Assembly (NCBI RefSeq): GCF_000142905.1
Contig: NW_013657668.1
Span: 234,492 to 298,491 of the forward strand
Length of the DNA: 64,000 nt
DNA from: Thecamonas trahens ATCC 50062
Taxonomy: Eukaryota; Protista; Apusomonadida
Direction: 5' to 3'
The position numbers and the translations under genes were made by a program. The stretch's first letter is position 1; each line of letters starts with the position of its first letter. Of this stretch, positions 1-9,981 are shown one piece after another. The notes beneath the pieces were generated by a model that did not search any database, was not told the origin of the DNA, and was given only the letters and a program-made list of their open reading frames with translations.

Positions 1-232
1 GCAGATGGCCATGGTCAAGGAGCAGGTCAAGATTGAGTCGTACAACCGCCGCGTCGCCGAGCGCGCCCAGGAGGTGGCGCTTGACAAGCTCGAGCACGCC
101 ATGAAGGACTCACTCGCTGCTCAGCTGGAGCAGCTGAGGGCCCAGATCGACGCCAACGACCGACTGTTTTACGAAGAGTTCCCCGCTGCAACCGAGGAGC
201 GCCTTGCCCGCATTGCTGCTGTCTCGAGATAA
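1..232 (+). CDS. 3' end of a helical/coiled-coil protein (probably partial, entering from upstream of the window)
   Basis: Open frame to TAA at 230-232 with typical GC3-rich codon usage; no recognisable motif. Confidence 0.5.
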   Translation, partial: QMAMVKEQVKIESYNRRVAERAQEVALDKLEHAMKDSLAAQLEQLRAQIDANDRLFYEEFPAATEERLARIAAVSR

Positions 233-266
233 AAGGCGTCTGTCGCGTTGGCGCATGTAGGCCTGC

Positions 267-1376
267 TCATGCCAGGGAGACAACCATCGAGGCGACGACA
301 ACAAGCACTGCGACCATGGCCGACGGCACAAGACCAGCAGCGGCCGAGGCCGTTGTCGGCTCGACCGTGTTCGGGACCTCCTCGCCGGCACTCACCAGGC
401 CGGGCGTGTTCATCGAGACGAGCTTGTAGTAGACCGGGCCAAAGTCGAGGGCCCAGCGGGTGTTGTTCGCGGCGTACTCGGCGACAATGACAGTGGTGTT
501 GACACCACGGTCGGTGACGGCGACAGGACACGCGTTGGGATCGGCAGCGCACGACGAGACGCCTGCGGTGTTGGGCGCAATCTGGCGGTGGAGGCACATG
601 TCAGTGTTGAGCATCATAACAGGGCGGCCACCTGCACCGCTGTCCCACTGGTGAACCGGGCTGGCGCCCGGGACCGCGCGGGCGTTCTGGCGCCAGGCCG
701 AGTTGACCATCTCCTTGTAGAACTCGTTGTCGAGCGTGTTAGGCTGGCGAGTCCAAGGCCCTGTAAAGCCGCCCGAGTCGGCCGCCTCGGCGGCGCCGAG
801 CGAGTGTGCGCCCATGAGGGCGACGACCTCGCGGTCGGTGAAGCCCATCTCGTTGCGGAAGAGGTTCATGACCGTCGACATGCCGCCCTGGGCGTTGGGG
901 AACGAGCCGGCTGCTGCCGTCTTGGGCGACGTCGCGCAGTCCTTGCGGCCATAGGTGAGCGGCATGGGCGGGACACAGACGCCAGCCGTGCAAGCCGCCG
1001 AGTTGGCCGCGCCAACCCGGGCGGCCACAATGCCGCCGAGCGCCCAAAAGTCAGCCCGCGACATCTGTCCATACTCGAGCTTGGACTGCCGGTTGACGTA
1101 GAGGTTCTCCATCGCGCCCACAATGTTGATCAGGCCCTTGTTGTCCGCGTTCTCCAGGTTGATACACCCGTCCGAGACATGGTTCGGCGAGACGCCGACC
1201 GAGTCGTGAAAGCCAAGTCGCACCAGCTCGGCTGTCCGCGCAGGCTGCGCGGCAATAAGTGCCTCCACATCGGCGATTGCCAGCGCCTGCTGCGCCACCG
1301 TCACCGTCCCACACTGCGCACACGTAGCCAGGACGAGGACGACAACCACTGAAACAACCAGAGAGTAAACCTTCAT
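267..1376 (-). CDS. Secreted, probably GPI-anchored haem peroxidase (peroxidase-catalase superfamily, APX/CcP-like fold)
   Basis: ATG 1376 begins a signal peptide MKVYSLVVSVVVVLVLATCAQC; distal RLGFHD, MSRADFWALGG, proximal VALMGAHSLG, GPWT..PNTLDNEFY, MLNTD; hydrophobic C-terminal tail with no cytosolic part. Confidence 0.88.
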   Translation of the reverse strand: MKVYSLVVSVVVVLVLATCAQCGTVTVAQQALAIADVEALIAAQPARTAELVRLGFHDSVGVSPNHVSDGCINLENADNKGLINIVGAMENLYVNRQSKLEYGQMSRADFWALGGIVAARVGAANSAACTAGVCVPPMPLTYGRKDCATSPKTAAAGSFPNAQGGMSTVMNLFRNEMGFTDREVVALMGAHSLGAAEAADSGGFTGPWTRQPNTLDNEFYKEMVNSAWRQNARAVPGASPVHQWDSGAGGRPVMMLNTDMCLHRQIAPNTAGVSSCAADPNACPVAVTDRGVNTTVIVAEYAANNTRWALDFGPVYYKLVSMNTPGLVSAGEEVPNTVEPTTASAAAGLVPSAMVAVLVVVASMVVSLA

Positions 1377-1714
1377 AGCTGCTGCGACAAGTGGTGCGGC
1401 GGCGAGGTGGCGCGGCCGAAGTTGGCAGCTTTCGCAACTATTTACCCATCCGCACCGCATCAACATTGGTGGAGAACAATAGCGCTCAGACAACGCTACC
1501 CATGCTGGCCTCACCCAGGCCAACGCACACGCCAACAGGCCGATGCACACGCCAACAGGCCGTCCTCGTCTGTCCGCGGCCGTAACTGCAGCTCTGTCGC
1601 GCCTAAGGTGCCACAGCTGGCTGCCTGGCAGGTTGCGCCGGGCAAGCTCACGCAACGTTTGCTTGCGGAGAAACATAATCGCCGAGTGCGTGGGGCCCGT
1701 TGGACGGTATGCCC

Positions 1715-3426
1715 TCATTTGCATCCGAGGAGAGCAACAATGTTGGCGTGACCGTTGGCGGCAGCTGCCTCTCGGGCGGCGCCATCGTTGATGTCAGCGT
1801 CGAGACCGGCTGTCAGGATGTCGGCGACCAGGTCGGCGTGGCCGTGTTCAGCGGCCCATCGGAGCGTGTATCCGTCGTGGAAGCTGAGGTCGACCTTGGG
1901 ATGGTGGAGAAGGAGGCGGACAATGTCGGCCGATCGATGCATGGTGGTCCAGTCGAACCAGGAGGTCGGCATCGGGTCGACAGCTTCGATGGCCAGCAGC
2001 TGCTCGACGATGGTGGTATGGCCATACTCACAAGCCAAGCGGACGCAGATGTTGTTCCCGACCGTCGGATCAACGCGAGGGTCGGCAATCAAGAGTTGAA
2101 CAACCTCGGTGCAACCTGCAAACACGCTTGACTTGAGCATGACGCCCGTGCAGTAGTTGGGATCGACTCGTTTGTCCGCTAGGAGAACCCTGAGCGCTTG
2201 GACATGACCGGCTTTTGCGGCGCAACCAGCGCCGCGCCGCCGCGAGACATGGGATCGACTGCCGGTGACTTCAGGAGCTGCGCTACCGCATCGGCATGCC
2301 CGGATCGAATGGCGCGCACAATTGGCTCGTCGTCAGCAATGGTCGGATCAACCCCGGTCTCGTCGAGGAGGAGCGCCAGTACGTCAGCATGCCCGCCGTC
2401 TGCGGCGCAGCAGAGCGCACGGCCGAGTGCGACGTTTGACGGGTTGACCAACGGGTGAGCAAGCAGGAACTTGACGACCTCGAGGTGGCCACCGGCGCAC
2501 CCGTCACGGAGTGGCAAGTCACCAGACACTGTTGGATCGACGGCCGGATGCTGCAGCAGTGAGCGGAGAAGTGCAAGATTGCCATGTCGCGCCGCCGAAC
2601 ATACCGCGGCGTTACCGCGCGCAGCCACATCGGTGTCCGCATGAGCAGCTAGCACCTCGACCATCTCCACACATCCACTCGATGCTGCGCGGACAACGGC
2701 AAAGTTGTTGTCGAGCGCCGGGCTCACTCCGTACTCGTCCAAGAGCAGCGCCACGCCGGCGACACACTTGGTCACCACCGCCCGTCGCAGAGCAATGCCT
2801 TCAAGGCCATCAAGGGCTGCGCCATCAGCCACAAGTCGGCGGGCAAAGTCAGCATGTCCGCCGGCAGCCGCGCACGCGAGGCAGGTATTCAACCCGGCCA
2901 GTGGCTTGCTGGCCCGGTTGTACATGACTGTCGCCAGCGGAATCATGCCGTGTGCAACCGCCAAGGTCACCATCGAGCAGGGGCCATAGTCATGGAAGAT
3001 CCACACCCGACTGCCGAACCGCATTGGAGTAAAAATCACGTCGAGACTGTCGAGTTGAAGGACCAGATCCCACCATGCCAGCTCATCTGCAGCGCCGGTC
3101 TCGGGGCGCGCAAGGAGCAACCGCTCGGCAGTGGCTTCCACATCAATGGTGTCCGTCCCCCCTGCGGAGCACGCTATTCGCATCGCTTTGCCTGCTGCCC
3201 GCCACATCCTTCTATGCATGCATCCCTCGAGTCCCAGCTGCCTCGCCGCGGCCACCATGACAAGCACCGGATCGCCAAGCAGCTGGGCGTGGAGGCCGCG
3301 TGACGAGAGCGATAGCGCGAGCAACGACGGCAGTGGCAGATACTCGGCCACCCGCTGCACCAACTCCATAGGCAACTCCTCCAGCCTCCCCTTCTTTTGA
3401 CCTTGCTTGGCCTGAATATCTTCCAT
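1715..3426 (-). CDS. F-box + ankyrin repeat protein (one-base frameshift near 2221)
   Basis: N-terminal LEELPMELVQRVAEYLPLPSLLALSLSSRGLH is F-box-like; many ankyrin repeats (AAxxGHxxVVxxLL..VDP). ORFs 2179-3432 and 1715-2140 join as LVAAAKAGHVQALRVLLADKRVDP if one base is added near 2221. Confidence 0.8.
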
Positions 3427-3447
3427 GACCAAGCCCTCTAATCGCCT

Positions 3448-3450
<3 letters not shown>

Positions 3451-3496
<46 letters not shown>
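3451..3496. repeat. (CT)23 microsatellite in a short divergent promoter
   Basis: Direct reading; lies between ATG 3426 (-) and ATG 3680 (+). Confidence 0.95.
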
Positions 3497-3499
<3 letters not shown>

Positions 3500-3679
3500 C
3501 GTCTATCCGCCTTGTCGCGTTGTTCTCCGTCCCGTCCCGCCGCAAAAGCCAGCCGTGAGCAGTCAAGTCAAATTCAAATCAGAACAGGCAGTCAATCCCC
3601 CTCCCCTCCCTCCCCCTTCCCCACCTCCTCCACCAGCCAACCCACCACCCTACCACACCCGTCTCCTCCAAGGAGCGAG

Positions 3680-3769
3680 ATGGCGGTCAACCCATGGCTC
3701 ATTGTCATGTCTGTTCTCGGGGGGTATGTACACCACACCAATCCAATACCACTCATCCCCTTGATGTAT

Positions 3770-3807
<38 letters not shown>

Positions 3808-6803
3808 TCCTCATGGCTTTGAACCCCCCCCCCTCATGGCTCGCGCTCTCGGGAACAAACGTTGCGCAACCCTGGAAGTCACCCCCCCCCCCTCCCACTC
3901 CCACACTCACACCCAGTCATCATCTCTGTTTCCACAGCTTTTGCTTCACCCTCGCACTGTTCATCTTCAAACACACGTTGTGGTGGATCGAGACCAGGGA
4001 GACGTCGAGGAGACCCAAGCACCTGTACAACTACGTGGGATGGTATCTTGGACTGCTGCTGTTTGCAGTGGGGAAGATCTTGGAGGTTGTGCCTGCCCAG
4101 TACGAGGGCCTGTCATGGTCATCAGTGGCGCAGATGTCGTCACTGGCGCTAACGGTTGTCTTGGAGGCACTCTTTCTCCCCGATACGGACCTCTCACGCC
4201 TGGACTATGTGGCTTACGCACTCATCATCGGCGGTCTCCTCTGTACCTCGCCGCTGGACTCGCATGTCGAGGGCGAGTCGTTTGCCACCATCTTTTTCAT
4301 CGCATGCATGCTCCTTGCGCTGTTCATCTTCTCCATCGGCCTGCGGATCCTCATTGCGCGCAAGGTCGAGATCAAGGGTCTTTCGGCCGAGGCCAACGCC
4401 CGGTTCCGCAAGTACTTTCCGGTGGTGCTCATGTCCGAGGTCACGCTCTTCTCGGCGCTCATGTTTGCGTCGGCGCGAGTGACGACGCACCTTGTCTCCG
4501 CACTCCTCACCATTGTCAGCATCTACGTCGCCGCCTTTATCGCCGTCTTTCTCTTCCAGCTCTTCCAGCTCACGCTTGCACTCCATGACTACGAGTTTGG
4601 TTACGTCGTCCCGCTCTTCCACGTCATGCGGCGGTACACCTCAATTGTGGTCTCGCTGATGCTCGGCCGTGCCGACGGCGCCTCGCCGTGGACCCACATT
4701 GTGCTGCCCATCTTTGGCATGATCCTCATGGGCATCGCTGTCTTTATCCTGCATCACTTTCGCGAAAACTTTTCGCACTTTCGGTCGGTGGCCAAGCACG
4801 AGGATCGTGCGCCCAAGCTGCCGCTGCCCAAGGTCAAGACGGTCTCCGAGCCGGAAAACACGTTTGCCAATGCTGCGCTCGCCGCCCTCGCCCAGAAGCG
4901 TGCCGTCAAGGAGACGATGGACCGCCGGCTCCGCGCAGGCAAGTTTGACGCCCTTCCGGACGAAGACAAGGCCGAGGCCATGCGCCTCTTTGTTGCTGCG
5001 CGCAACGCCGAGCTGGAGCAGTATCGGCGCGAGCCAGTCACCGCACCGGCGCCGCCATCGCCGTCGAACACGATAGCCCGCACCGAGTCGATGTGGTCCA
5101 TGGTTGGCCCGCGAGCTCGCGGCCGCTCGTCCGAGTACACCTACGCCTACTCGTACGCGTACTCGGAGGAGCAGGAGGATAACGAAAGCTCGCTGGAGGG
5201 CGCTGGTACCAGCCTCCATCCCGGTGGGAGCTCGCTCCGCCGCGGTGCCTCGATACTCGACACTGAGCTACAGGACCTTGCTGGCGCATCAAGCGCCAGC
5301 GACTCGGAGATCCGTGGTCGGATTCTCGCCCAACCGCCGCAGCGACACGAGGGCGCTTGGTACGAGCTCGGCCCGCTCTGCGGCGCGTGCCACGGCTCTG
5401 ATTCCGACTCGTCCGACGACGACGACGACGTCGTTGTCATCGGAGGTGAGCCCGCTGCGGCCGCGTCCAAGCCGCGCAAGGCCGCCCACGCTCTCGCGCA
5501 GCTTGCAGTCCCGCTTCAAGGCGGGCCGCAGCCCAAGATCAAGGCCAACCATGAGGACGTGGCGGCGGCCTCGGGCTCAGGCTGGCTCTCTCTCGGCCGC
5601 GGCGTTGGCTGGCACATCCCACTCCTGCCGGACACCGACCGTCACTCACAGCTCGCGCGTGCCGATGGCCTCCACATTTGCTCGCAGCACTGGTCGATGG
5701 GCATGAGAGGTGTCTTCTGCTGCTGCTTCTTTGCCGCGCTCTCACTCGTCTACCTCCTTGTCACCTTTACCCTCATGGTCGGCCTCTACCGCGGGTGCCC
5801 CGGCGTCGCACCCTTTGCCGACCTCCCGCCGCTCCCGGCCTACAACTCGACGCCGGGCATCGCCTTCAACCATGTTATCCAGCGCGGCAACCACAACTCG
5901 GCCCACCTCAAGCCAGTCTCAGTCTTCCCAGGCTTCTCGTCCGGCATCCTTGCCTGGGCCTACGAGCACGAGCCGCTCGACGTCCAGCTTGACAAGGGCA
6001 ATCGCGTGTTTGAGATCGACGTCCACATCCGCGGTGGCGCTGCCGCCGTCTTCCATGTCCAGCTCTGGGACGATCAGTCGGCATGCACCTGCCTTGCAGA
6101 CTGCCTCCGCATCCTCCTCGCCTGGTCGCTCCGCAACCCGGGCCACACCCCATTTGTCGTTGGCCTCGAGATCAAGTACGACTGGCAGGAGGACCTCGTC
6201 GCCGCCTACAACGGCATCGACTTTGGCGACATGGTCATCATCGAGGACACCTTCAAGTCCATCTGGGGCGACCGCATCGTCACTCCAGACATCATCCGTG
6301 GCTCGCACGCCAACCTCACCCATGCCGTTCTAACCGACGGATGGCCCTCGCTCGACGCCATGCGTGACAAGATGATCATCTTCCTCGACGACGAAAAGGA
6401 GCTCCGCGACTTGTACACCTCGCGCTCGCCCATCCTCGAGAATCGCGTCATGTTCACCATCTCAAAGGGCCAAGACCCACGCCCTGACATGGCCGTCGTC
6501 AAGATCAACGACCCCACAGACGACCAGGGCTACGACCTCATTGTCTCTGCCGTCGAGCGCGGTTTTATCGTCCGCACTCGCGCAGACTCGAATGAGGAGT
6601 ATTGGGACAGGGACAACCCGTACCGCCTCGGCCGGGCCGTCTCTTCAGGCGCACAGATCATCTCCTTTGACTGGTTCGTCCACTCCAAGTGGCATGCTGC
6701 TGTTGGCAACTACGTCGTCGGCTGCAACAACAGGACTGCGCCTGCTCACTGCGATCCGGTCGCCATCAACGTCCCCGGTTCTGTCATCCCCCCGCCGCAG
6801 TAA
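3680..6803 (+). CDS. Multi-pass NIPA/DMT-like membrane domain fused to a Ca2+-dependent bacterial-type PI-PLC-like phosphodiesterase; exons 3680-3723 and 3938-6803
   Basis: Intron GTATGT(3724)...CACAG(3937), phase 2, restores the frame. About 9 TM segments, a long linker, one further TM, then HNSAH, LDVQLDKGNRVFEIDVH, VFHV, WS..NPGHTP..LEIK, GWPSLDAMRDKM, GFIVRTRAD, SGAQIISFD. Confidence 0.75.
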
Positions 6804-6927
6804 GTTCCAGCTGCCTTGCGGTGCTGTTGGTACCGCGGGTGCAGCAAGCGAGCGCTGACGTGCGGCTGACCGGAAAGGTGTGCGCCGACGCGCACGAGTA
6901 AAGTGGCGACACCTCTTGTCTCTAGCC

Positions 6928-7965
6928 ATGATTCGGCGAGCAAGGGTCTATGCTGGTGGGGCCGCGGTGGCTGCCGTGACGATGGCGCAGCTGCTGCTCC
7001 TGACCGGGCTGGGAGTGGTGGGATACGCAGTGGGGCGGGTGGCTGAGCTGGCGGGCATCAAGCGGGCGTCACGGGCTGCGGCGACGTACTTTGCGCATCT
7101 CGCAGCCGTCTTTACGGTTGCTGCGGTGCGATGGTGGTGCCGAGTGCGGGTGCGGATGTCGGCCGAGAGTCGCCAGGTGCTGGCAGCGATGGCGGCAGAC
7201 CATCGCGGCGGAGTCATACTCGTCAACCATCCCTCGTACGCCGATGCGCTTGTTCTCGGCAGCGTACTGTCCAGCATGGAGGACGTGGGCACTAGGTGCC
7301 TCCGCTACGTCTCGATCCGATACCTCCTCGCCTCGCCGCATGCTTGGCTACAAGCGCTCCGCGGCGATGTGTTTGTGGCCGGCGGCGCCCGCGAAGCTGC
7401 TGCGTCCGCTGTCCGGGCCGGCGCCGCGGATTGCGCCTCGCCCGACAAGCACACCCACTGGATGCTGGTGGCGCCCGAGGGCGCAGTCATGACTGCTGCG
7501 CTGGCGGCGTCATCACAAAGGTGGGCCGCGAGCCGCGGACGGCCGCCACTCCGTCTTGTCCTCTACCCGCGGACCTTGGCCGTGGGCGAGGCGATGCGAG
7601 TTCTCGCGGCCAATGCGGCTCTCCACGACGTCTACGACATCACGCTGTGCTACCCGGGTGGTCACGGCCCACGTGTTGTGGACATCCTCTTTCCGCAGCA
7701 CGACCGCGGTCTGACCATCGACGTCGCTGTTGTCCGCCACGATCCGCCACCAAAGGAGAGCCTGGTCTCGGAAGACGCCCTCGAGGACTGGCTCTACACT
7801 TTGTTTGCAGGCAAGGATGCTGCCCTTCAGGCGATGGTGGAAGCGGGAGGTAGCGGTATGCGAGATGTGGAGCTTGCGTCATCATTTTGGCACGCCATGC
7901 GAGCATGGGCTGTTGTTGTTGGCAGCGCACTCGCGGCTGCCGCCGTCTGGCTTCGACTCTGGTGA
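6928..7965 (+). CDS. Lysophospholipid acyltransferase (LPLAT; AGPAT/LCLAT1-like)
   Basis: NHPSYAD (NHxxxxD), APEG, LYPRT, YDITLCY motifs; N- and C-terminal TM segments. Confidence 0.82.
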   Translation: MIRRARVYAGGAAVAAVTMAQLLLLTGLGVVGYAVGRVAELAGIKRASRAAATYFAHLAAVFTVAAVRWWCRVRVRMSAESRQVLAAMAADHRGGVILVNHPSYADALVLGSVLSSMEDVGTRCLRYVSIRYLLASPHAWLQALRGDVFVAGGAREAAASAVRAGAADCASPDKHTHWMLVAPEGAVMTAALAASSQRWAASRGRPPLRLVLYPRTLAVGEAMRVLAANAALHDVYDITLCYPGGHGPRVVDILFPQHDRGLTIDVAVVRHDPPPKESLVSEDALEDWLYTLFAGKDAALQAMVEAGGSGMRDVELASSFWHAMRAWAVVVGSALAAAAVWLRLW

Positions 7966-8385
7966 CAGCCGCAAGATCGGACAGGCGGCATAACCTGTAT
8001 GTAACATACACACTCGTAGCTAGTATAGACTTGTCGATGAGGCGCCATGGCAACTGGATGACCAGTTCTCGAACAGACGCGTTGCGCACCAGCTGCGCGC
8101 GACGGCAGCACCAGCATCAGTCTCAACCCCGATCGAGCACGAGCCGAACCATGCCACCTCCTGCCGCAACCACCGCACGACTCCCACTCCCACTCCCACT
8201 CCCACCACTCCCACTCCCACCACCACCCCACTCTCGCTGACCTTCCTCCGGCCAGGAAGCACAGTAGCAGACCCCCTCTCCTCCCCCTCCCCCTCCCCCT
8301 CCCCCTCCCCCTCCCCCCCGTCTGGCTGCCGTAGTCGGCCCAGTCGTCGTCGGCAAGAGCCTGCATTCCTCAGGCAGCACAAGCC

Positions 8386-9279
8386 ATGGGAGGCTCGTCG
8401 TCCAAGCAGGAGCGGGCACCCTTGTGGGCGCGGGCAAGAATGTACGTGGTAGTGAGGAGGGAGATGAAGGGTGGGGTGGAGGTGGAGGGGTTGGGGGTGG
8501 AGGGGTTGGGGGTGGAGGGGTAGAGTGGGAGGGGGAGGGGAGGGGGGGGGTGGAGGGGGAGACATGAGGACGGACCGAGGGGGGGGGAGGGAGGGGGCGG
8601 TGGAGGAAGGGAGGGAGACGGAGCACACCAGCCATCGTCACCATCACCATCACCATCACTTACCGCTCCTCAATCACGCCCGCTTCGGTCGCTCTTCCTC
8701 GCCCACTACGTCCATCAGCCGCATGTCAAGACCCGCAAGGTGGCGGTGCTCGGGTTCCGGGCGGTGGGCAAGTCGTCGCTGACCATTCGCTTCATCGATG
8801 ATGTCTTTATCCAGGCGTACAACCCGACCATCGAGGCCACGTTCAACAAGACCTTTGACGTCGATGGCTCGCACTACCACCTTGAGGTCGCTGATACCGC
8901 AGGCCAGGACGACTACTCGATCCTACACTCGCAGTACGCCCTTGGCATTCATGGCTACATCCTGGTCTACTCGGTCGCTTCCAAGAACTCGTTCGAGACT
9001 CTCAAGATCATCCGCGATAAGATTCTCAACGTCACAGGTGCCGCAACTATCCCCTGTGTCCTCGTCGGCAACAAGTCTGATCTCCAGTTTGAGCGACAAG
9101 TCCCGCGCGAGCAGGGTCAGGCTCTGGCCGACTCGTGGGGCTGCGCCTTTGTCGAGTCGTCCGCCAAGCACAACGAACGTGTCGAGGACATCTTCAAGCT
9201 CATCATCCGCGAGATCGAGAAGACCACCCAGCACTACGACATGCCTGCAGAGTCTGGCTGTTGTTGCACCATCATGTGA
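8386..9279 (+). CDS. RHEB: Rheb small GTPase; exon 1 from 8386 (or ATG 8440), intron to 8718, exon 2 8719-9279
   Basis: PHVKTRKVAVLGFRAVGKSS (Rheb-diagnostic Arg in G1), YNPTIEATF, DTAGQDDYS, NKSD, SAK, CAAX CTIM. GTACGT donor at 8442 and CAG acceptor at 8718; exact exon 1 junction uncertain. Confidence 0.92.
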
Positions 9280-9758
9280 GTCCCCACCCCACCCCACCCC
9301 ACCCACCCACCCACCCGCATAGGGCCGTGAAGTCCGCCTTCACGTACACACAAACGGCCATCAACCATCAGCCAAATACCATCCGAGGCGCTCTCATCCG
9401 AGTATGAGGAGCAAGCCAAGAATCACGCGAAGTCGGTGAAGAATGCCGAAAAGACGTCGTCCAAGCTCGGTGTCAAGGCCATGAAGAACAAGGCCGGCGC
9501 CGACGAGCTGACGGCCTCGCTCAACTCGGTCTCTGACGCCATCCAGAACGCGCAGCGGTCTAAGAAGGACGCGACTCATCATCCGCGAGATCGAGAAGAC
9601 ACCCAGCACTACGACATGCCTGCAGAGTCTGGCTGTTGTTGCACCATCATGTGAGTCCCCACCCCACCCCACCCCACCCACCCACCCACCCGCATAGGGC
9701 CGTGAAGTCCGCCTTCACGTACACACAAACGGCCATCAACCATCAGCCAAATACCATC
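9199..9758 (+). repeat. 185/184-bp direct repeat (Rheb 3' end plus 3' flank) bracketing an unrelated 191-bp coding fragment
   Basis: 9199-9383 matches 9575-9758 except for one missing C in the second copy. Confidence 0.93.
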
Positions 9759-9981
9759 AAACACGAGCCATCCATCTCCCTCTCCCTGTTCCATCCCCCT
9801 CCCCTTTCGTCCTGCTCGGCTAGCCTGCACGGCCCACCACCACCACCCAACCTTCCTTGCCACTTGGCGCCACACATACACACACATACACACCCCACCA
9901 CGACACACCCCCGCACCACCACCACCACCACCACCATCACCACCACCACCTATTCCCTCCTCCTCCCCCCCCCCCCTCCTC

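Noticed and set aside
1377-1724. 116-aa N-terminal extension of the peroxidase ORF
   Set aside because: The signal peptide starts at ATG 1376 and the extension overlaps the end of the ankyrin gene.
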